Shown here piece after piece: positions 1 to 8,651 of a stretch of 10,488 nucleotides of DNA. This stretch comes from an uncultured archaeon. Lineage in GTDB: Archaea; Asgardarchaeota; Lokiarchaeia; Sigyniarchaeales; SOKP01. The stretch covers positions 1 through 10,488 of the forward strand of contig CAZGJX010000124.1 in assembly GCA_964525635.1 (NCBI GenBank), given 5' to 3'. How positions within the stretch are numbered: position 1 is the stretch's first letter; every line of letters begins with the position of its first letter. The notes under the pieces are model-generated. The model ran no database searches. It was not told the DNA's origin and worked only from the letters and a program-made list of their open reading frames with translations. The position numbers and the translations under genes were made by a program.

Positions 1-251
1 ATCGATAAAAAGTAAAAGAGGTGAGGTATAATGTAAAAAAAATACTCGGTACTGTCTAGGAGAGTGATAAATCGCATAATTATCCTATAAATTAACACTC
101 TCTTCGTATTTATATTTCAATAATATTTATTTTTATATAGGTTGGAGAACCATCCTATATTGTCTAATATCATAATATAATATTAAGCAGTACGAATCTA
201 TTACTTTCAAGTAATAGTAGTTTAAAGATGAATTCGCAAAAAGTAGTATGC

Positions 252-288
252 AAGTCAATGTGATGACATATGTCATTCTCTATGACTT
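252..288. repeat. Nested imperfect palindrome (candidate operator or hairpin)
   Basis: AAGTCA-atgtg-ATGACATATGTCAT-tctcta-TGACTT: perfect 14-bp palindromic core at 263-276 plus 6-bp outer arms. Confidence 0.6.
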
Positions 289-683
289 TTATCTACTTCA
301 AAGAACGTTAAAACCGCATTTTTTCATTTATATTATTATAAATATTGAGAAAAAATTGGTACTTTACAACTATAACACTAGAAAATACACTTAAAGAAAT
401 CTTTATAGATTATAATACAATTGTTATTATTCTATATTTACATCATTTAGATTTAATATAATCTTGAATAATTATTTTTCATATAAAATAGAGTATGCTA
501 AATCAATTTTTTATAATTAAAAAAAATTCCGAAGGACAAATCTTTAATTCTTATACACATGAAATAATGAATTGTATTGAAAATAATCTTTCTAGAAATA
601 CTATAATAAAAGAATTATATAAAGATTTTTTTTTAATGATAAAATCTTACGACCTGCAAATATCTTAATTTCCAAAAATTCAA

Positions 684-695
684 TTTTATATAAAA
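684..695 (+). promoter_or_regulatory. Candidate archaeal TATA box for dnaK
   Basis: TTTTATATAAAA about 50 bp upstream of the dnaK ATG. Weak, because the background is very AT-rich. Confidence 0.3.
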
Positions 696-742
696 AATCT
701 CAATGAAAAATTAAAAATAAAAGAATAAGGAAGAGAAAAAAA

Positions 743-2647
743 ATGGGAAAAATAATAGGAATTGATTTGGGAACATCAAATTCAGCAGCCGCTGTACTTA
801 TAGGAGGAAAACCTACAATTATTCCAAGTGCTGAGGGCCTTACATTAGGTGGGAAAGCCTTTCCATCAGTTATAGCTTTTACGAAAGATGGTCAGAGGTT
901 AATAGGAGAACCTGCAAGAAGGCAAGCAATTTCCAATCCGGACAGGACAATTACTGCGATTAAAAGGAAAATGGGAACATCATATAAGGTAACTATTGAT
1001 GGTAAGGATTATACACCTCAAGAAATTTCCGCGATGCTTTTAAGAAAGATAAAGGAAGATGCATCGGCGTATTTGGGTGAAGAAGTCACCGAAGCAATTA
1101 TTACGGTTCCTGCCTACTTTAACGATAACCAAAGACAAGCGACTAAGGATGCAGGAAGGATCGCAGGATTAGAAGTAAAGCGTTTAATCAATGAACCCAC
1201 CGCCGCTGCTATCGCTTATGGTCTAGATAAAGAAGACCTTCAAATTAAAATTGCGGTATTAGATTTAGGTGGAGGTACGTTTGATGTGACAATCATGGAA
1301 ATGGACAATAAGGTATTTGAAGTAATTTCAACTGCGGGTGACACTCAGTTAGGAGGAACAGATATGGATGGAATATTGGTTGATTATATAATTGATGAGT
1401 TCAAAAAAGATCAAGGAATCGATTTAAGAAAGGATTCTATGGCAGTTCAAAGAGTACTTGAAGCTGCAGAAAAAGCTAAGATTGAATTATCTACGTCCGT
1501 CAGCACTGATTTAAATTTGCCTTATATTACCGCTACCAATGAGGGGCCAAAACATTTGATTATGACATTGACAAGAGCTAAATTAGAATATTTAATAGAT
1601 CCTGTAATTAAAAGACTTGATGCGCCTATTCAGAAAGCATTACAGGATGCGGAGTTATCTAAAGGGGTCGTAGATAAAGTTATATTAGTTGGTGGTCCCA
1701 CCAGAATGCCTATTGTTGAACAGAAATTTGAACAATTCTTAGGGAAGAAACCAGAACGCAGTATAGATCCAATGGAATGTGTTGCCTTTGGAGCTGCAAT
1801 ACAAGGCGGTGTTTTAACGGGAGAAGTTAAGAATTTATTATTATTGGATGTCACTCCATTGTCCCTAGGTGTTGAAACATTAGGAGGAGTCTTTAGTAAA
1901 TTAATTGAGCGGAATACAACTATTCCGACTGAAAAGAAAGAGATATTTAGTACTGCTGCAGACAACCAATCTGCTGTTGAGATTCATGTTTTACAAGGAG
2001 AACGGAAAAGGGCTGAAGATGATATCACACTCGGTAGATTTCATTTAACTGGAATTCCCCCCTCTCCTAGAGGAGTTCCACAGATCGAAGTTAAATTTGA
2101 TATAGACCAAAATGGAATTCTTAATGTCACTGCAAAAGATTTAGGTACAGGTAGAAGCCAATCCATTAAAATAACCGCATCCACCAAAATGTCTGAAGAC
2201 GAGATCAATCAGAAAATCCGTGAAGCAGATATGCATACTGAAGAAGATAATAAATTTAAAGAATTAACTGAAGTTAAAAATCATGCAGAAGCCTTAATAT
2301 ATCAAACAGAAAAACTAATGAAAGAAAATGAAGGAGTCATTGGTGATTTAAAAGACAAAATATTAGTAATGATCTCTGATTTAAAAGCTGCAATGGAAAA
2401 TGAAAATATTGCACTAATAAATAGTGCCATGGAATCCTTACAAAAGGAATTACATCAAGTCTCCAGTCGTTTGTACGGTCAGCAACCTGGAAACGGGGCA
2501 CCTCCAAGTACTCCACCAGGCGGTATGGGTGGCACGTCCAATGGGTCAAATTACGGATCTAAAGTAAAGACGGAAGATGAGAGACAAGCAGAAAAATTTA
2601 GAAGAGCTTCAGGACAAGATGATGTAATTGATACGGATTATTCTTAG
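743..2647 (+). CDS. dnaK: Molecular chaperone DnaK (Hsp70), archaeal/monoderm type
   Basis: Hsp70 motifs [33 protein letters not shown], linker [24 protein letters not shown] and an acidic DDVIDTDYS end. Lacks the ~24-aa subdomain IB insert of proteobacterial/eukaryotic Hsp70 (reads [25 protein letters not shown]). Confidence 0.99.
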   Translation: MGKIIGIDLGTSNSAAAVLIGGKPTIIPSAEGLTLGGKAFPSVIAFTKDGQRLIGEPARRQAISNPDRTITAIKRKMGTSYKVTIDGKDYTPQEISAMLLRKIKEDASAYLGEEVTEAIITVPAYFNDNQRQATKDAGRIAGLEVKRLINEPTAAAIAYGLDKEDLQIKIAVLDLGGGTFDVTIMEMDNKVFEVISTAGDTQLGGTDMDGILVDYIIDEFKKDQGIDLRKDSMAVQRVLEAAEKAKIELSTSVSTDLNLPYITATNEGPKHLIMTLTRAKLEYLIDPVIKRLDAPIQKALQDAELSKGVVDKVILVGGPTRMPIVEQKFEQFLGKKPERSIDPMECVAFGAAIQGGVLTGEVKNLLLLDVTPLSLGVETLGGVFSKLIERNTTIPTEKKEIFSTAADNQSAVEIHVLQGERKRAEDDITLGRFHLTGIPPSPRGVPQIEVKFDIDQNGILNVTAKDLGTGRSQSIKITASTKMSEDEINQKIREADMHTEEDNKFKELTEVKNHAEALIYQTEKLMKENEGVIGDLKDKILVMISDLKAAMENENIALINSAMESLQKELHQVSSRLYGQQPGNGAPPSTPPGGMGGTSNGSNYGSKVKTEDERQAEKFRRASGQDDVIDTDYS

Positions 2648-2663
2648 TTTTTTGTTTTTTTTT
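2648..2663 (+). terminator. Oligo-T tract, candidate archaeal intrinsic terminator of dnaK
   Basis: TTTTTTGTTTTTTTTT immediately follows the TAG stop. Confidence 0.55.
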
Positions 2664-2704
2664 AAAAATCTTAAATGAATTTATTTAGCATTTTTTTTAA
2701 ATAA

Positions 2705-2881
2705 TTTTGGTTTATTTTATAAACTCACAAAATTTGTGGTGTCGAATAATGAAATTATAAATTAATTCCAAAAAATCGTATATTTATCAATAATAGATAA
2801 TTAATGATATGATATTCTTTAAAAAGAAATGATTTGATACTAAAAAAGAAAATCTCCGAATAAAGAAAAAATGATTTGATA
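2705..2881 (+). repeat. ~178-bp dispersed non-coding direct repeat, copy 1
   Basis: Hand alignment to 9867-10044 gives 139/178 identical columns with one 1-nt gap. Confidence 0.85.
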
Positions 2882-3074
2882 TTTTTATCATGCAAATTAT
2901 AATCAATATAGATATCATTATATATTAAATAGAGACTTAATTTTTAATATGTAAAAATTAAAATTTCCATCCTAATAGAGTAGGGAATAAGATTTAAATT
3001 CTATTCCATAACTTAAGAATAATAAATATGAGATTAAAAAAGAATAAAAATAAAAAAAATATGTTTTTAGACTT

Positions 3075-3635
3075 ATGAATAAAAATGAATTAGCTAGTAT
3101 CTTAAGGAAAGGAGTTCCTTACTGGAATAAATGGCGAAATGAAAATCCTGATGTCTCTATAAAATTAAAGTATGCTTATTTTGCAGGAGCAGATTTTTCA
3201 AATATTAATTTCTCTAATATCGATCTAACTGTTGCTGATTTATTTCAGTAATGTTTAATGGGAGCAAATCTTTCCAAAGCCATCCTTGACGAGGTGACCT
3301 TTGAAATGGCTGATCTAACTAATATAAACCTTAGAGGAACTTTCATTTTCAAATCTGTCTTTGCTGGTGCTCGTGTGAATAGTGCTGATCTGAGAGGTGC
3401 TAATTTAGTAAAGACTATAATGGATTATAGCACTTTTATCAAAGCAAATTTCAGAGAAGCCGATTTGACTAAACCTAATCTTTCAAACGCGAATTTAACC
3501 GAAGCAAACTTTACTAAAGCAATCATAATAGAAGCGAATCTGAGCAAAGCGAATCTAACTGATGCAGATTTAGAGCAAATAGACTTAAGTAAATCTATTT
3601 TAAAGGGAATAATCTTACCAAAGTCCATAAAATAA
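3075..3635 (+). pseudogene. Pentapeptide-repeat protein interrupted by one in-frame TAA (3249-3251)
   Basis: ATG 3075 reads MNKNELASILRKGVPYWNKWRNENPDVSIKLKYAYFAGADFSNINFSNIDLTVADLFQ*CL and continues in frame into ORF 3258-3635 (ANLSK, ADLTN, ADLRG, ANLTE repeats). GVxxWNxWRxxNP is the usual N-terminal cap of this family. Confidence 0.85.
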
Positions 3636-3682
3636 TAAGAAATTACTTCGATTTTTATCTTTTAAGGTAGGATTATTTGGAA

Positions 3683-5179
3683 TTATTCATTATGAATTAA
3701 CTCTTTGAATTCTTTTAAATCATGGATATTATTAAAATCTTCATCATCAACAGCCCATTCTCTCCAAGATTCGTTTAATTCAATTGCTTTCCTTAAAAAT
3801 TTCAAAGCTTTTGTTTTATTATCGTTTAAAGCTTCAATACAGGCTTTATTATACCATGCTTCACTATAGTTTTTATCAAGTTCAAGTAGTTTATCAAAAC
3901 ACAATAATGCTTCATCATTTTTTTTCAGCTCTATTAATACAATTCCTTTATTTAACCATGCATCTGTATATTTATCATCAATCTCAAGTGTTTTATTAAA
4001 ACATAATAATGCGTCATTATATTTTTTCAGTTCTATTAATAGCAATCCTTTATTATACCATGCATATGTATATTTATTATCGATCTCAAGTGCTTTACTA
4101 TAACATCCAACTGCTTCCTCGTATTTTTTTAAATCACTTAAAGAATTTCCTTTATTAAACCATGAGTTTTTATTATTACCATCAGGTCCAAATATTTTAT
4201 TATAATGCAAAAATGAAGGAATTTCTTTAATATCCAAAGGAAAAAAACGATATATTTTTCTTGGAGGATTTGATAAACTTTCATCAAATATTCCAATATG
4301 CCAAATATATTCATAAACACCATCCATTGTTTCTCCCTCATTAAATACTAACCCCTGATTCATTAAATAAACCTCAGAATTCATAATAACTTCAAATATT
4401 TTATTTGGTGGAGCATAACCATTTGGAAAAACAACCTCAATATCTAATAGATCTAATTGTTGGACTCCAACACAATCCATTAACATCCAATTATCTTCCA
4501 ATTTTATCTTTCTAATTTTGCTCCAGATTGGAATTGGTGGTGTATTCTATTTTTGAAAATGAAGGAGTTTATCATTAAATTGTTCTTTACTAAGCAATAC
4601 CTCTCCATTTGGATTAAAATAACATAATGACTCTGGATGTTCTAATAATTTACGTGCAATTTTATTCATATAAGTTAATTCCTTAAAAGGATCATAATTA
4701 TCTGGTATTATTGGATCATCTTTTGTTTGAACATATGTCATAAGAATACGAATAAACGCTTGATGTTGAAGAATCTGTTCTTTAGGCAGGTTTAATTCGC
4801 TATTAAACAATAATGCGCGTTCTAAAGAGTTAGAAAATACAAATGGTCCAAAAAACCCCATTGACCACGTACTAAAAAGACCAATATCATCCTTAGCATC
4901 ACCCATGTGATCAGGCTATTGATTATTTACAATGTCAATATGTATTCTTCCATCACTCTCTTGTAATTTAACAAATATTGAAGGACCGATATTAATCCAT
5001 TTTTTCATCGAATCTTTTTGAGCCTCTGATAATTGCTTATTTTGTTTATCATCAAACTCAATTTTATGGGGATCTAAACTCTTAAGTTCATAATTTGATA
5101 ATAGAAGTATTAAATCATCAATAGAAATAAGCCTTTTCAATAAAATAATAAATCCCTGAGTATATGGGCCTTTTACCAT
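3683..5179 (-). pseudogene. DUF4261-like domain + C-terminal TPR protein: one frame (498 codons) with two in-frame TAG codons (pseudogene or amber read-through)
   Basis: ORFs 4916-5314, 4547-4906 and 3683-4501 share one frame. Junctions read IVNNQ*PDHMGD (TAG 4918-4916) and LLHFQK*NTPPIPIWSKIRKIKLEDNW (TAG 4549-4547). WSMGxFGP, LCYFNPNGEVL and WxLMDxVGxxQLDLxD resemble DUF4261-type proteins (recognised from memory, not searched). Likely start ATG 5179 (MVKGPYTQG). Confidence 0.8.
3761..4168 (-). repeat. Four tandem 34-aa TPR motifs within the C-terminal part of the gene
   Basis: SWFNKG..YEEAVGCYSKALEID, AWYNKG..YNDALLCFNKTLEID, AWLNKG..DEALLCFDKLLELD, AWYNKAC..ALKFLRKAIELN, followed by a DEDF capping segment. 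Confidence 0.93.
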
Positions 5180-5245
5180 ATTGAATATAATTAAAATTAT
5201 TATATTAGTCTTATTTTTTTTAATGTATAAATTATTTTTTAGATA

Positions 5246-5348
5246 TTGTGAGTTTCCAAAAATAACCCAAAATCCTTTATAAATAAATCGATATTGTGAT
5301 AATCTATTTTTCAAAATAATCTATAATTTTTCAAAAATAATCTAAAAT
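5246..5348 (-). repeat. Cluster of three copies of the short intergenic motif
   Basis: Minus-strand reads: ATTTTGGGTTATTTTTGGAAACTCACAA (5273-5246), TATAGATTATTTTGAAAAAT (5325-5306), ATTTTAGATTATTTTTGAAAAAT (5348-5326). Confidence 0.6.
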
Positions 5349-5509
5349 CATATATAAAGATGATTATTGGAATTTCATTTTCTGGTTTTCATAAATAATA
5401 CAAAATTAAATCTATTACCTAAAATTCCCTAAATAATTTAATATTCTTTTTTTCCTATATAGAAAATCTATCTATATAATCATGGAATTCATCTCATAAA
5501 ATTGGACTA

Positions 5510-5539
5510 TAAATCCTTTATATAATAATAAGGATTTAA
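5510..5539. promoter_or_regulatory. Perfect 12-bp inverted repeat overlapping a TATA-like box (candidate operator)
   Basis: TAAATCCTTTAT-ataata-ATAAAGGATTTA, containing TTTATATA, 40 bp upstream of ATG 5580. Confidence 0.55.
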
Positions 5540-5579
5540 AACGATATAAAAGATTAGACCATGAAAAGGAAATTAAAAT

Positions 5580-6191
5580 ATGGAAAAAAATAAAAAATTT
5601 GAAATATATGATCCTATTTTTTTGAAGAATCGTAAATTGATTAAACAATTGTTTGCTCTAAGTCTCATGGGAACAAGTTGTATAATCATTTATCTACTAA
5701 TTAATATTTTAATATGGACTATATCATATAATTGGAATATTATTAATGTATTCTTCAAGATTTTTAATTTAATTATTCAATCTCTATTAAATCTCATAAT
5801 AGGGTTTGGAATAATAATATTTGCTATTATTAATTTATCTAAAATAAGTAAACAATTCTCTATTACATATGATCAAAATCATCAAATAATGAAATTAATC
5901 AAAGATGGTTATTATTCAAAAATACGACATCCTATGTATTGTATGTTTATGATTATTATTCTTGGATTCTTTTATATTTGTGATTCTATTCTAATGCTAC
6001 TTTTTGCTTTTATAATAATGAGTACAAGTGCTTTAAATGGAATATATGAAGAATATAAAATACTCATTCCAAAATACAAAACTGATTATTTGACTTATAT
6101 GGATTCCGTACCTAATCGTTTTTTTCCCAAATCCTACAAATTTGCATTAGCTATATTAATTATTATTTATATTATTGGATTATTTATATAA
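5580..6191 (+). CDS. Isoprenylcysteine carboxyl methyltransferase (ICMT/Ste14/PEMT) family membrane protein
   Basis: Several hydrophobic segments, LIKDGYYSKIRHPMY motif, EExxL and YxxYMxxVPxRF C-terminal signature. Confidence 0.88.
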   Translation: MEKNKKFEIYDPIFLKNRKLIKQLFALSLMGTSCIIIYLLINILIWTISYNWNIINVFFKIFNLIIQSLLNLIIGFGIIIFAIINLSKISKQFSITYDQNHQIMKLIKDGYYSKIRHPMYCMFMIIILGFFYICDSILMLLFAFIIMSTSALNGIYEEYKILIPKYKTDYLTYMDSVPNRFFPKSYKFALAILIIIYIIGLFI

Positions 6192-6219
6192 AAATTCAAA
6201 AAAAGTGTAAATTATTAAA

Positions 6220-7371
6220 TTACACATTTAAAATTTCTTTTTTTTTCATAGATTCAAAAATATAGTCAGTAATGTATTTACTTTCCTTATCCATTTGATT
6301 TTTATAATTAACATATCTAAAATTAAAAATGCATAAAGGACAAGAAGAAACTATTTCTTTGGTTTTTATTTTATCAAATAATTTTTTCCCAATTTTAATA
6401 CACAAATTACTATCAACACCTCTAATTCCTGAACCGGCTCCACAACATGGGCAGTTTTGATGTTCTTTAGTAATTTCGTTTGTTTCTAAACCACATTTTT
6501 TTAAAAGTAATCGAGCTTCATTAAAAAGAGAACTATTTTTATATTTTCTTCCAAGTCTACAGGGATCATGATATGTTATTGATTTGTTTATAGGTTTAAG
6601 TTTTATTTTGCCTTCTTGCTCCAATTCATAAATCACATCTATAATATGTCTTACCCTAATGTTATAATCATTGAAATATTTACGATAAACATAATCAAAT
6701 GCGTATAAGCATCCACCACAGGTCACAATTAAATTTCTTATACCCAATTTTTTAAATAATTCAATATTTTCTTTAAATATAGTTTTTGCTAGATCTAATT
6801 TTCCTGCAGAATATACATATTCTCCACAACAAGGTTCTTTTTTTAGAATTTTGAATTCAAAATTAGCCTCTTTTAATATTTGGTAGGATATAGTTGCGCT
6901 TTCTTTAACTTTAAATGATGACATACATCCAAAAAATAAAAGTGTATCAGAATCCCTTTTCTCAAAAATCTCATTTTCCTTATACTCATTTGGTAACCAA
7001 TTTATACTCTCTTCAGGTCTACCTCCAACTGAATTACCTTTCTCAATAATTCCTTGAATAATTGTTTTATGAATCTGTAATGGACCTATATTATTTTGAA
7101 CTAATCTAACTTTAGATGCATGTATAATTTCAGTAATTTTAATGTTTTGTGAGCAAATTAATTCACAAATTGCACATAAAGTGCAAGTATAAATGCCAAT
7201 GAGTTCTTTTTCTGAGATCTCTTTGTTTAGAAAAATTTTTTCAGCAATTTTCAACCTACCATTAGGGGATTGATCCTCATTTTTTGTTACGATAAAAGTA
7301 TCACATTTTTCCATACAATTTTTACAATCTATGCAAGATCTTAATTCTTTTAGTATTTCATTATCATCCAT
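6220..7371 (-). CDS. Fe-S oxidoreductase of the HdrD/GlpC type (two 4Fe-4S motifs + two CCG domains)
   Basis: CIDCKNCMEKC and CTLCAICELIC ferredoxin-like motifs; CCG domains FFGC..EPCCG..TCGGC and YHDPC..CCG..SCPLC. Confidence 0.92.
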   Translation of the reverse strand: MDDNEILKELRSCIDCKNCMEKCDTFIVTKNEDQSPNGRLKIAEKIFLNKEISEKELIGIYTCTLCAICELICSQNIKITEIIHASKVRLVQNNIGPLQIHKTIIQGIIEKGNSVGGRPEESINWLPNEYKENEIFEKRDSDTLLFFGCMSSFKVKESATISYQILKEANFEFKILKKEPCCGEYVYSAGKLDLAKTIFKENIELFKKLGIRNLIVTCGGCLYAFDYVYRKYFNDYNIRVRHIIDVIYELEQEGKIKLKPINKSITYHDPCRLGRKYKNSSLFNEARLLLKKCGLETNEITKEHQNCPCCGAGSGIRGVDSNLCIKIGKKLFDKIKTKEIVSSCPLCIFNFRYVNYKNQMDKESKYITDYIFESMKKKEILNV

Positions 7372-7516
7372 AATTAAATACCTTTAATTAACCAATTTGT
7401 CTATTATTTAATAGTTTAAGATTTATCAATATTCTTATAAAAAATCTGTTAATTACTTATAGAAAGTTTTAAAAATATAAAACTAAAAATTTTTCTTATG
7501 CCCTTTTAATTCCATA

Positions 7517-7924
7517 CTAAGATTTTTCCTTTAGGTATTTTTTATCAAAAAAATATAAAATAGATACTAGAGACCATAATAAGGAACATATGGCCCAAAT
7601 TATTTCAGATAAAACTAATTCAAAATATCCTATAATAATATAGATTATCTGAAGGATAGTAAATATAATTCCTGCTGGAATTGCCAAAATTAATAGAATC
7701 TCATATTTTTCAGTATTTTTATAAAGAAAAATGGAACCTAATCCATTATATATAAACATCCATATCCAGAAAAAACTTATCATAGCTCTAGCACGATCTG
7801 AGAATGGTTTTGTTCCCGTTATTGATGCAAGTAAGGGTCCAAAAAATATCATAAAAACTGATATAAACATAAAAACAATCCCAAAAAATAACCAAATCCT
7901 TTTCCAGATTTTCTCAGAAACCAT
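7517..7924 (-). CDS. Hypothetical membrane protein (about 4 TM helices)
   Basis: 135-aa ORF with four hydrophobic stretches, 21 bp downstream of the co-oriented 7946-8524 gene, so probably co-transcribed. Confidence 0.75.
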   Translation of the reverse strand: MVSEKIWKRIWLFFGIVFMFISVFMIFFGPLLASITGTKPFSDRARAMISFFWIWMFIYNGLGSIFLYKNTEKYEILLILAIPAGIIFTILQIIYIIIGYFELVLSEIIWAICSLLWSLVSILYFFDKKYLKEKS

Positions 7925-7945
7925 AATTCTTCAATTTGATATTCT

Positions 7946-8524
7946 TTATTTCATTTTTAAAATTATGCTTAATCCTTTAAAAATATTCCAAAGGGGAACC
8001 CTTTCCAAATATCTTTTGTAATCATCTCCAAATTTTTTTATATTGTATTCAACTTCTTTTATAGCGGACATCCTAACACATATAATAGAAGATACTCCCA
8101 AGATTAATGCAAATATTGACTGAAAAACTAAAATGAGAGCAATGGACCACATTGCCATTCCTAAAGTTAAGGGTTGACGAATAACACTATATATACCTAT
8201 ATTTATAAGAACAGTGGTAGCGGTAAAATCAGCCTTTTGCGATTTTCCTCTACGTTTTAGGGTATGCATTGCTGCTATAACCAAATAGGCTGAAGGAATA
8301 TAAAGGATGAAACCACTAATCTTTAACCATAAAATATCAAAACGAATCCACATGTAAAATATACCAAGAGTTAATTCAAATGTAAGTATGCTTAAACAAA
8401 TACCCAAGCCAGTATGGATATAGATTTCACTAGTTATATGTTCTTTTGCTGATTGGATTATCCATCGTCCATTAATAATCCATATAAAACAACAAATCCC
8501 AATACAAAATATATATTGATACAT
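7946..8524 (-). CDS. Second ICMT/PEMT-family membrane methyltransferase (divergent motif)
   Basis: TTVLINIGIYSVIRQPL corresponds to the LVxxGxYxxxRHP motif; C-terminal KFGDDYKRYLERVP is the family signature; several TM segments. Confidence 0.85.
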   Translation of the reverse strand: MYQYIFCIGICCFIWIINGRWIIQSAKEHITSEIYIHTGLGICLSILTFELTLGIFYMWIRFDILWLKISGFILYIPSAYLVIAAMHTLKRRGKSQKADFTATTVLINIGIYSVIRQPLTLGMAMWSIALILVFQSIFALILGVSSIICVRMSAIKEVEYNIKKFGDDYKRYLERVPLWNIFKGLSIILKMK

Positions 8525-8651
8525 TTGTCACTATTTCCTTTTATACTTTCCTTACTACATAATCCTATTTTCAAATAATATTATTAATAATACTAAAATG
8601 TAAAATAGTATGAAATATTAAATAATAATGAATAAATTATAATTTTTAAAT

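Noticed and set aside
48-60. GGTACTGTCTAGG resembles an IS6-family terminal repeat (GGYWCTGT)
   Set aside because: No convincing partner repeat (CAGTAC at about 187-192 is too short) and no transposase in the window.
1630-2549. Minus-strand ORFs 1630-1965 and 2337-2549
   Set aside because: Antisense shadows inside dnaK with no recognisable motifs.
2809-2833. SECIS-like ATGA-stem-TGA hairpin inside the 178-bp repeat
   Set aside because: Stem is only 5-7 bp, the 3' GA is not kept in copy 2, and neither upstream gene has an in-frame TGA.
3425-4341. ORFs 3425-3628(-), 3784-3999(+) and 4138-4341(-)
   Set aside because: Antisense or alternate-frame overlaps of the pentapeptide and TPR coding regions.
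5180-5314. N-terminal 45 codons of ORF 4916-5314
   Set aside because: Runs through intergenic repeat motifs and low-complexity AT sequence from a TTG; ATG 5179 is the more plausible start.
7731-8021. Plus-strand 96-aa ORF
   Set aside because: Antisense to two better-supported membrane-protein genes.
8570-8595. AT-only palindromes (AATAATATTATT) in the divergent ICMT2/trmO spacer
   Set aside because: Expected by chance in DNA this AT-rich.
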